A DNA stretch of 64,000 nucleotides from IMG/VR virus record IMGVR_UViG_3300045988_175656; one strand, written 5' to 3'. A program made the translations under genes and the position numbers. The DNA comes from a virus. Position 1 is the first letter of the stretch. Every line of letters begins with the position of its first letter. Below the pieces are notes generated by a model. That model saw only the letters and a list, made by a program, of their open reading frames with translations. It had not been told where the DNA came from and did not search any database. Positions 1-8,066 of the stretch are shown piece after piece.

Positions 1-81
1 AATAGATTATTAACATGAATTTAGCCTGTGTTTTTGTAATTACAATAGATATTTATATTAAAATAAAATATAAAAGAACAT

Positions 82-3000
82 ATGGCAACAAATAATAATA
101 GTGCAAGACAGACACATGTTAGCCCTGGTATATATACTAAAGAAACTGATTTAACTTATGCCGTTAAATCATTAGGTATTACAACTTTAGGGCTAGTAGG
201 TGAAACTGTGAAAGGACCAGCCTTTCAACCACTTTTAATTGAAAATTGGAACCAATTCACTAACTATTTTGGTGGCACTAATCCATCACAATTTAAAGGT
301 AGTGGATATTTGAAATATGAAGCTCCATATATCGCAAAATCATATTTAAGACAATCTAATCAATTGTATGTCACACGTGTATTAGGTCTTTCAGGATATA
401 ACGCTGGTCCTGCATGGGCTATTACTGCATATGCGCCAGCAGGTAAAGATGGTAAAGATATGTTAATTGCTATCTTACGTTCAAGAGGTGAATATCAAAA
501 AACTGCTTTTGTTTCAACTGCAACTGAAGAACAATGTGAAGATGTTTACGAATATGATAAATTAGTTTATTATGTTAGTGATGTTGATAATGTATCATTA
601 GTTCCAAGTAAAACATTTAATTTAGGCTCAGGATGTGATAAGTTCTTTGGAGTTACAACTGACCCATCAGGTGATTCATACTTCAATGTAAGCCAAATAA
701 ATTATGGTAAATTTACTATTTCTGGTACTACTGATAAAGGTATGACTTTCTCATATGCAGTGTCTTTAAATCCAGGTGATAAAAACTATATTATCAATGT
801 ATTAGGTACTCAACAAGATATTGGTGACACCGAATTATATGTTGAAGAATTATATGATGTAGCTTTAGTACAGTTAATTGAAAGTGGTGATATTACAGGT
901 ATTAACAAACAAATGGTAGGCTTCTCACCAATTAAAGTTACTCCAGCATACGCTTCATGTAATGATTTATTATTAGAAGATGAACAACTTTTAACTAAAA
1001 GAGATATTGGTAAACGTTTCTTAGCAACTCAGGACTCAATTAACCCTGAAACTAAAAAAATGTGGAATGTTCACAAAACTACTGATAATGGCGTGAGTTA
1101 TGTGGTAACTCCAGCGGTTGCAGGTAACATTTATCAAGTAATTTCATTTGTAACAACAGCAGGTACACGTGAATATTATTACAATGAAACAGGTGAAAAA
1201 TTAGGGGCTGCAACTCCTGATGAACAAAATGTATTGACTGAAGCTGTTGAAGTTTTATCAGATAATTTATTCTATGTTAAAGATGGCGAAAATATAAACC
1301 CAATTACTTGTGATTTAAATAATTACAAAGAACAGTATAGATTTGCTTCTACTCCTTGGATTGTTTCTGAATTGAAAGGCGATGCCCAAAATGTAGAATT
1401 AGTTAAATTATTCAGATTCCATACAATATCAGATGGTAATGCTTCTAACATACAAATTAAAGTATCTATCGAAAACATTAAGCCTGATGATGGTTTATTT
1501 GATGTTGTAATCAGAAGTTTTTATGATACTGATTCATCTCCTGTTGTTTTGGAAAGATATGGCAAATGTAATTTAGTTCCTGGGACTGCAAATTATATAG
1601 GTTTAAAAATAGGTACTTCTGATGGAAATTATGTAACAAAATCTAACTATGTGACTGTTGAAGTTAATGAAAATGATAGAGTAAAATCATCAATTCCATG
1701 TGGTTTCTTAGGTTATCCTGTTAGAGATTATTCAGGTTTAGTTCCTGGAAATGGTGTTACTGGAACAGTTAAACAACCATTATTGCAATATAATGTTAAT
1801 ATTGATGAAGATATAAGAGCTAAGAAACAATACTTTGGTTTATCTAATTTAGTGGGTATTGATGAAGATATTTTATCATATAAAGGTGTTGAAGCATATA
1901 ATGGTTTACCACAAGGGTTAACACCATCTTTCCATTTAGATTCACGTCTTGTATCTAAAGAAGATTTATCAACAGGAACAACAGGCTTTACACAAGTTGT
2001 TACAGTTGATGGGGAAACAGGCTATACTTGGGTAACTGTAAATAGAAATAATGTGACTTCTGAAGGTATTGAACCTCGTATTGGTACTGATGCATTGATG
2101 CAAGGAACAATATATGAAGATATTAATTATCGTAAATTTACTGTTCTTCCTTATGGCGGTTTTGATGGATGGGATGTTTATCGTGCTTCAAGAACAATAA
2201 CTGATGATTTTAAATATAATAAATATAAAGGAAGTATTAATGCAAAAAGTGGTGTAGGTGCAAACTTCTCTATTATAAATGACCCAGTTGCTTATAATTT
2301 TGATGGAAGCACTAAAGCAATTACTTCTGACTGGTATGCTTATTTATCAGCTATCAGAACATTTGCTAACCCTAAAACAATTGATATTAATGTTCTTGCA
2401 ACTCCTGGTATTGATTATGTTAATAATCAAATGTTAGTTGAAGAAGTAATTTCTATGGTTGAGGATGAAAGAGCCGATTCAGTATATGTTGTAACAACTC
2501 CTGATAAACCTTTTGGAGCATCTGATAGTGTTAGTGATATGTACACTCCTGAAGAAGCGGTTTCCAATTTAGAAGAAACAGGAATTGATAGTAACTATAC
2601 ATGCTCATATTACCCTAATATTCAATATTTTGATGCAGATAATAATATATATGTTTATTTACCACCAACAAAAGATGTTGTAAGAAACTTTGCATTAACA
2701 GATAATACAGCTTATCCTTGGTTTGCGCCAGCTGGATGGGATAGAGGTGGAATTGATGGGGTAAAACCAAAGAAAACTCTTAAACTTGATGAACAAGACA
2801 CTTTATATACAGGTGGATTGAATTTCGTTCAAAGTTTTGCACAAGAAGGCTTTAGACTTTGGGGACAAAAAAACTTCCAAATTGCAGATACTCAAATGAA
2901 CAGAATTGCTACAAGACGTTTGTTATTACAATTGAGAAAATTAATTTCTATTGCTTGTATCAAATTAATATTTGAGCCTAATGATAATACAACTAAAGAA

Positions 3001-3210
3001 ACATTCAAATCATTGGTTAACCCAATTTTGGAAAATGTTTTCAATAATAGAGGTATATCAGACTTTAGAATTGATGTTGATGATTCAGTAGAAGCTCGTG
3101 ATAGACATGAATTACCTGCAAAAATTTGGATTAAACCAATTGGTGCATTAGAGTATATTGATATTAACTTTATGATTACTCCTGAAGGTGCTAGTTTTGA
3201 TGATTATTAA
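82..3210 (+). CDS. contractile tail sheath protein (long form, 1042 aa)
   Basis: The N-terminal HVSPGIYTKETDLT block and the C-terminal GFRLWGQKNFQ...NRIATRRLLLQLRKLI block match the conserved termini of phage/CIS sheath proteins. The tube gene follows. The central ~500 aa looks like inserted surface domains. Confidence 0.85.
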   Translation: MATNNNSARQTHVSPGIYTKETDLTYAVKSLGITTLGLVGETVKGPAFQPLLIENWNQFTNYFGGTNPSQFKGSGYLKYEAPYIAKSYLRQSNQLYVTRVLGLSGYNAGPAWAITAYAPAGKDGKDMLIAILRSRGEYQKTAFVSTATEEQCEDVYEYDKLVYYVSDVDNVSLVPSKTFNLGSGCDKFFGVTTDPSGDSYFNVSQINYGKFTISGTTDKGMTFSYAVSLNPGDKNYIINVLGTQQDIGDTELYVEELYDVALVQLIESGDITGINKQMVGFSPIKVTPAYASCNDLLLEDEQLLTKRDIGKRFLATQDSINPETKKMWNVHKTTDNGVSYVVTPAVAGNIYQVISFVTTAGTREYYYNETGEKLGAATPDEQNVLTEAVEVLSDNLFYVKDGENINPITCDLNNYKEQYRFASTPWIVSELKGDAQNVELVKLFRFHTISDGNASNIQIKVSIENIKPDDGLFDVVIRSFYDTDSSPVVLERYGKCNLVPGTANYIGLKIGTSDGNYVTKSNYVTVEVNENDRVKSSIPCGFLGYPVRDYSGLVPGNGVTGTVKQPLLQYNVNIDEDIRAKKQYFGLSNLVGIDEDILSYKGVEAYNGLPQGLTPSFHLDSRLVSKEDLSTGTTGFTQVVTVDGETGYTWVTVNRNNVTSEGIEPRIGTDALMQGTIYEDINYRKFTVLPYGGFDGWDVYRASRTITDDFKYNKYKGSINAKSGVGANFSIINDPVAYNFDGSTKAITSDWYAYLSAIRTFANPKTIDINVLATPGIDYVNNQMLVEEVISMVEDERADSVYVVTTPDKPFGASDSVSDMYTPEEAVSNLEETGIDSNYTCSYYPNIQYFDADNNIYVYLPPTKDVVRNFALTDNTAYPWFAPAGWDRGGIDGVKPKKTLKLDEQDTLYTGGLNFVQSFAQEGFRLWGQKNFQIADTQMNRIATRRLLLQLRKLISIACIKLIFEPNDNTTKETFKSLVNPILENVFNNRGISDFRIDVDDSVEARDRHELPAKIWIKPIGALEYIDINFMITPEGASFDDY

Positions 3211-3234
3211 TAGAAACAAATTAATATAAACAAT

Positions 3235-3269
3235 AAGGGTGGGCTTAATCAACTCACCCTTTGTTATTT
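3235..3269 (+). terminator. intrinsic terminator after sheath gene
   Basis: 9-bp stem AAGGGTGGG / CTCACCCTT (one G-U pair), 9-nt loop, then T-rich TTGTTATTT. Confidence 0.6.
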
Positions 3270-3319
3270 AAAAATATTTAAATAATCTTAAAGATATTTA
3301 TTTATAAATAAGTTAGATT

Positions 3320-3769
3320 ATGTCTCATAAAGAATCTCTTAATGAAGAAATAATATCAAAAATCAAAAAAGAATTACATAAAGATATGGACAATTCAACA
3401 AAGAAAACTATTGAAGAAATCAAAAATATTATAGGAAAAAAACAAACATTAGAAAGTGTTATTTTTTCTGAAGATGATGAAGAAATGGGTGCTCAATCTT
3501 TAGGTGGTGAAATACCTACTGATATGGGACAACCTGAGCCACAAATACCACATACTGATAAAGGAATGGATGATGGAAATAATGATATGTCATCAATTGG
3601 AGAAATGATGCCTGACATCCAAAATAAAGTAAATACCATTAGACGTATGGCTTTAGAAGGAGTAACAAAATTAGCTGATAAACCATTATCACCTGAATAC
3701 GACTTTTTTAAAAAAATATTTATGGATTGCGATAAACTATTTGTGAATAAAGACAAAATAAAACAATAA
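3320..3769 (+). CDS. hypothetical acidic protein with Met/Pro/Asp-rich disordered centre
   Basis: 149-aa ORF between sheath and tube. Helical-looking ends; centre is SEDDEEMGAQSLGGEIPTDMGQPEPQIPHTDKGMDDGNNDMSS. No family recognised. Confidence 0.6.
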   Translation: MSHKESLNEEIISKIKKELHKDMDNSTKKTIEEIKNIIGKKQTLESVIFSEDDEEMGAQSLGGEIPTDMGQPEPQIPHTDKGMDDGNNDMSSIGEMMPDIQNKVNTIRRMALEGVTKLADKPLSPEYDFFKKIFMDCDKLFVNKDKIKQ

Positions 3770-3836
3770 TATGTTATTCAAAAAATCAAAATTTGAATAA
3801 TTATATATAAATAATAAAATTAAATTAAAGACAAAT

Positions 3837-4325
3837 ATGAGCGATTTATTAATAAAAATGCCACTTGAATATGAACCATTAAAAAAGAATAGATTCTTAT
3901 TCAGATTTCCATCTGATTTAGGTATTCAAGAATGGTGGGTAGCTTCAGGTTCAAGACCAACAATCTCTCAAAATGAAGTAGAAATTCCTTTCTTAAATAC
4001 ATCTAACTGGGTTATTGGTAGATATATATGGGAAGCAATTACAATTACATTAAGAGACCCAATAGGACCTTCAGCTTCACAAGCTGTTATGGAATGGGTT
4101 CGTTTACATTCTGAATCAGTTACAGGTAGACAAGGCTATGCGGTTGCATATAAAAGAGATATTGTTCTTGAAATGTTAGACCCAACAGGTGTTGTTGTTT
4201 CTCAATGGATTATCAAAAATGCTATGTTGACTAATGTTAACTTTGGTGAATTATCTTATGATGATGATGGTATTGCAGATATTACAATGACAATCAGACC
4301 TCAATACTGTATTTTAAGTTTCTAA
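3837..4325 (+). CDS. tail tube protein (gp19-like)
   Basis: 162 aa, positioned just after the sheath. The N-terminal KKNRFLFRFPSDLG and the beta-rich pattern are typical of T4 gp19/CIS tube proteins. Confidence 0.75.
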   Translation: MSDLLIKMPLEYEPLKKNRFLFRFPSDLGIQEWWVASGSRPTISQNEVEIPFLNTSNWVIGRYIWEAITITLRDPIGPSASQAVMEWVRLHSESVTGRQGYAVAYKRDIVLEMLDPTGVVVSQWIIKNAMLTNVNFGELSYDDDGIADITMTIRPQYCILSF

Positions 4326-4345
4326 TATTAAGAAAAAATATTAAT

Positions 4346-4380
4346 AAGAGTAAGAATTGACTTACTCTTATTTTTTTTTT
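4346..4380. terminator. bidirectional intrinsic terminator between the tube gene and the convergent minus-strand gene
   Basis: 9-bp stem AAGAGTAAG / CTTACTCTT with a 6-nt loop. T10 follows on the plus strand and a T6 run on the minus-strand side. Confidence 0.8.
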
Positions 4381-4381
4381 A

Positions 4382-5197
4382 TTATTTCACATATTCAATC
4401 AAGTAATATCCTTTGGAGTAAGAACTATTCTTCTTATTGATTTTTTTCAATAGATTACCTTCATAAATGTAATCGAAAGTATCATCTTTCATATCCTGAT
4501 ATGAAATAAGACTATTCGGTTTCTTACCACACCATTCAGTTGCAAACAGTATATGTTCATTATAGGGAGAATTATAATGCTTTATCAATGATGATAAATT
4601 AATGTTGGTATTATTGGCTTTATTACCATAATGAATATCAAAAGTCTGTACAATATTATCGTCATTGGTATAATGATACTTAATCATATTACCATTTTCC
4701 CAAGTATATTCCTCGTAATTATGGATTTTATACCGATTACCACCTTTTTCCTCAGATATAAGGTCAATACTCTTCAACTCCCCACTATCATAATATGTAA
4801 GTGTACCAACAGTTGTAACACGTTCCCCATTTAATCCATAAATATACAACCTTGTCATATATCCTTGTTTATTAAAAGTAAATTCACATTTGGAGTTGAG
4901 AACTTGCTTACCATTCACATAAGAAATGAATTGATACCGATTATTGATGATGGTAAATGTTTCCACAGCTTTATATTTGAAATTCTGATAAAACTCTTTC
5001 CGTACTTCAATCAGGTTTCCATCATCATCATACTTGAAATGATACCACTTATCCCCTTTGTTGCCAACCTCTTTTTGAGTAAAAGCATTAACCCAATGTA
5101 TGCTTTTCACCAAATATTCACCTCTATTATTTGTTTTTTGGGCGAATAAACTAAAACTAATACAGATTACTGTTACAATTAATAAAATTCTTTTCAT
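4382..5197 (-). CDS. exported YD/RHS-repeat-like protein (moron)
   Basis: Signal peptide MKRILLIVTVICISFSLFAQ. Repeated hairpin motifs FKYDDDGNLIEV, LTYYDSGELKSI and YTWENGNMIKY. It has its own host-type promoter and terminator and lies antisense to the tail operon. Confidence 0.7.
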   Translation of the reverse strand: MKRILLIVTVICISFSLFAQKTNNRGEYLVKSIHWVNAFTQKEVGNKGDKWYHFKYDDDGNLIEVRKEFYQNFKYKAVETFTIINNRYQFISYVNGKQVLNSKCEFTFNKQGYMTRLYIYGLNGERVTTVGTLTYYDSGELKSIDLISEEKGGNRYKIHNYEEYTWENGNMIKYHYTNDDNIVQTFDIHYGNKANNTNINLSSLIKHYNSPYNEHILFATEWCGKKPNSLISYQDMKDDTFDYIYEGNLLKKINKKNSSYSKGYYLIEYVK

Positions 5198-5226
5198 ATT
5201 CTATGGTTTTTAAAAATTTTGATATG

Positions 5227-5258
5227 CAAATATACAAGATATTTTTTTAATCTACAAA
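5227..5258 (-). promoter_or_regulatory. Bacteroidota-type promoter (-33 TTTG, -7 TATATTTG) for the moron
   Basis: On the minus strand: TTTG (5258-5255), N20, TATATTTG (5234-5227), 29 nt upstream of the ATG at 5197. Confidence 0.7.
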
Positions 5259-5323
5259 TATTATTAGTTAAATAATATAAAAAAATTCATTTTGAAGTAT
5301 ATATTATTATAATAAGATAAACA

Positions 5324-5800
5324 ATGAAGCAAGTAAAAAATAAAATCATCAGTCAAAAGTACCCTTCTAAAAAAAGAAATAAGTCAAGATGTAAAAAACG
5401 TTCACACCCTCAATATGGAACATCTAACTTAGAAAGAAGATTTGCATCTGATTATTTAGATGTTTTAGGGGTGGAATATGTTTATCAGTTTGAAGCTAAA
5501 GATATTGGGCGATTTTATGATTTTTATTTACCTAATGATAATTTAATAATTGAAGTTGATGGAGATTATTATCATTCATATGGTTTAACATATGAACAAA
5601 TGTGCCCTATGCAGAAACGAAATAAACGAGTTGATGAACTAAAAGATAAATGGGCATTAATGCATAGTATTCCAATTTTACGTTTCTGGGAACATGATAT
5701 AAATGATAATCCAGAGTTTGTATTTAAAAAATTAAAAGAAATGATACAAATACAATCAAAAAATAAAATAATGATGGAGAAAAAGAAAAAACCACATTAA
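5324..5800 (+). CDS. DUF559/Vsr-like PD-(D/E)xK endonuclease, free-standing (possible homing nuclease)
   Basis: ERRFASDYLDVLGVEY...YDFYLPNDNLIIEVDGDYYH...KDKWALMHSIPILRFWEHDI follows the Vsr/DUF559 endonuclease core pattern. Confidence 0.65.
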   Translation: MKQVKNKIISQKYPSKKRNKSRCKKRSHPQYGTSNLERRFASDYLDVLGVEYVYQFEAKDIGRFYDFYLPNDNLIIEVDGDYYHSYGLTYEQMCPMQKRNKRVDELKDKWALMHSIPILRFWEHDINDNPEFVFKKLKEMIQIQSKNKIMMEKKKKPH

Positions 5801-5851
5801 ATATTGATTTTTAATATATTATAAATTACTTTTTAAGTAAAAATATATAAC

Positions 5852-6445
5852 ATGGAAGGTATTTTGTATGCACCATATGTTGATTATAATAGTACTGATT
5901 CTTTTGATTATAAGAATCAGGCATATGATGAAAATTATATGGATTATTTACGAAAAGAATATGTAAAATATAAATTTACAATTGATACGGTTACAAAAGC
6001 TAGTTTAGTTGATGATAGGGTTTCAATGATAAATTCATTAGCAAATAATCGTAAAGAAAACGTCAATCCAAATAATAAAATACATTATAGTTATTATCAA
6101 GCCCCTGTAAAATTATTAGATATTTATAGTGATTCAGAAAGTTTTGATAAATTATTATACTATTTCAAATCAGGAGAAATGTTTCCATTGATTATTGAAT
6201 TTTTTGATATTCAAAAAGTTCCTGAATTAGAAAGTGATTTCAAAATGTGGGTGAGAGAAACTAATAAAATAAACACAGCAAGAGGTTTAACAGATGCAGA
6301 AAGGCTTAAATATCTTCCTGTAAAGGATTTGAAAGTATCTTTTGGACCGAATTCAAATGCAGTGTTAGAAAAATGTAAATTGCTTGAAGTATATTCAGTG
6401 AATACTTATGCAGTATCAGTTAATAAAATTATATTTGTAAGATAA
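5852..6445 (+). CDS. hypothetical protein, tail module
   Basis: 197-aa ORF, tightly packed with the next gene (stop at 6445, next ATG at 6448). No family recognised. Confidence 0.6.
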   Translation: MEGILYAPYVDYNSTDSFDYKNQAYDENYMDYLRKEYVKYKFTIDTVTKASLVDDRVSMINSLANNRKENVNPNNKIHYSYYQAPVKLLDIYSDSESFDKLLYYFKSGEMFPLIIEFFDIQKVPELESDFKMWVRETNKINTARGLTDAERLKYLPVKDLKVSFGPNSNAVLEKCKLLEVYSVNTYAVSVNKIIFVR

Positions 6446-6447
6446 AA

Positions 6448-7740
6448 ATGGCTAAAACAGAAGAACAAAGAAAAAAAGAGTTGGCAATATTAAAAGCCAC
6501 TAATGAATTGTTGGCAGAAAGTAAAGAGGAAACTCTTTTAAGAGGACATAAAGATGAAGCTGAATTAATTGAAAAAGCTTCATTAGAAAATAAAAGTAAG
6601 TTAAAACTTTTGGGTGCTGATGAAAAAGATTTAGAGAATATTCAATATAAAGAACCATCTTCAGAAGAGGTGGCTAAATTTGAAAGATATTGCAAAAATA
6701 GAGGAATTGACCCTAATAGTGTTTATAATAAGTCATTAGTAAATACTGTTGAAAGTTCTGCTTCTTCAATATCAACTATTGAACAATCTAATTTGGTTGA
6801 GTCAATTATTACCCCTGAAGAAACTGAATATAATTTAGAGGTATCAGATGAATATTCAGATGATATTCAATATGATGTTTTACCATTACCTTCAAATGGT
6901 GAAACTTATTCACATAAAAAAAACAGATTACCTGTTTCATTTCTAACAGCATCCGATGAAGATTTTATCACATCACCTAATTTATATAGAGATGGAAAAA
7001 TAATTGATGTATTGTTGAAGCGTAAAATAATGGATAAAACTATTGACCCTAACAGCTTATGTAAAGGTGATAGAGATGCTATTATATTATGGTTAAGAGC
7101 AACAGGTTATGGACCAGAATTTCCAATTACTGTACATGACCCTGAACTTGATACAGAATATGAAACAGTAATTGATTTAACAAAAATTGAGACAAAACCT
7201 TTTACATTAAAAGGGGATGCTAATGGTAACTTTGATTATCAAACAAAATCAGGTAATTTAATCAAATTTAAATTTTTGAATCATTATGATGAACTTAGAT
7301 TGATTGAAATGTCACGTGAAGATAATTTAAATGTTAAACGTTTCAGATTAAACAGAATTGTAGAAGAACTTAAAACTGAATTGAAAAATGATAAAGTTCT
7401 AAGTCTAAATGACCGAAATAAACTATCAGCTAGTATTGGAACAATTGATAGTTGGTCTAAAAATATTAAGACTAAAAATATTGTTGAACAAGAAAGAGCA
7501 ATTACCAATACGATGTTATTAAGTATTGTAGCAGTTAATGGTAACAGTGACAAGGATTATATTAAAAAATATGTTAATACTATGCCAGCTCGTGAAGCAT
7601 TTGATTTTAGAAAATATATTATACAGAACGAGCCTGGTATGAACTTTGAAATAACTGTTAACAGACCAGAGAATCTCGGAGGTGGTTCTTTCAAAACCTT
7701 TCTTAACATCGACACTTCTATTTTCATCAATATCGCCTAA
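6448..7740 (+). CDS. tail/baseplate-hub assembly protein candidate
   Basis: 430 aa with a charged coiled-coil N-terminus. It then carries LPLPSNGETY...FLTASDEDFI...GDRDAIILWLRATGYGPEF, a block I recall from T4 gp26-type baseplate hub proteins (unverified). It sits where tail chaperones are encoded, upstream of the tape measure. Confidence 0.5.
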   Translation: MAKTEEQRKKELAILKATNELLAESKEETLLRGHKDEAELIEKASLENKSKLKLLGADEKDLENIQYKEPSSEEVAKFERYCKNRGIDPNSVYNKSLVNTVESSASSISTIEQSNLVESIITPEETEYNLEVSDEYSDDIQYDVLPLPSNGETYSHKKNRLPVSFLTASDEDFITSPNLYRDGKIIDVLLKRKIMDKTIDPNSLCKGDRDAIILWLRATGYGPEFPITVHDPELDTEYETVIDLTKIETKPFTLKGDANGNFDYQTKSGNLIKFKFLNHYDELRLIEMSREDNLNVKRFRLNRIVEELKTELKNDKVLSLNDRNKLSASIGTIDSWSKNIKTKNIVEQERAITNTMLLSIVAVNGNSDKDYIKKYVNTMPAREAFDFRKYIIQNEPGMNFEITVNRPENLGGGSFKTFLNIDTSIFINIA

Positions 7741-7999
7741 TTATGAAGCGATTTTAAAAGAAGAATTATGGGGATGTCACAAATATATGGGTTTTTCAAT
7801 CACTGAACTTAAAAACATGACAATCAGAGATAGAAAAACATATATAAGAAAACATAATGGAGAACAAATTAAAAAACAAACTGATTTAAAAAACAAAGGA
7901 AGTAAAACATCAAATAATACAGCCCTTATGAATCAGGTTGCTAGAATGAGACAAGAAGAAAACACTAATATGTCAAATAATATGAAAGCTGCTACATAA
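7682..7999 (+). CDS. overlapping +1-frame ORF upstream of the tape measure (possible frameshift extension or small independent gene)
   Basis: The frame is open from 7655 and overlaps the end of 6448-7740 by 59 nt. The only early start is GTG 7682; the first ATG is near 7785. Encodes ...EAILKEELWGCHKYMGFSITELKNMTIRDRKTYIRKHN... Confidence 0.45.
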   Translation: MVLSKPFLTSTLLFSSISPNYEAILKEELWGCHKYMGFSITELKNMTIRDRKTYIRKHNGEQIKKQTDLKNKGSKTSNNTALMNQVARMRQEENTNMSNNMKAAT

Positions 8000-8017
8000 T
8001 GGCAGCTTTTATTATTT
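7985..8017 (+). terminator. possible intrinsic terminator overlapping the stop codon
   Basis: 8-bp stem AAAGCTGC / GCAGCTTT, 9-nt loop, then T-rich TATTATTTG. Confidence 0.45.
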
Positions 8018-8066
8018 GTAATAAACAGAATACTAAATATTTATTTTAAACAAAAGTAGCACGTAT

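Noticed and set aside
4631-5149. Plus-strand ORFs 4631-4834 and 4865-5149 inside the moron region.
   Set aside because: They are short hydrophobic nonsense-like translations. The minus-strand 271-aa ORF has a signal peptide, repeat motifs, a promoter and a terminator.
7680-7706. Canonical -1 frameshift for the chaperone-like ORF pair.
   Set aside because: The -1 frame is closed by TAA at 7704-7706 and has no downstream ORF. Only the +1 frame is open.
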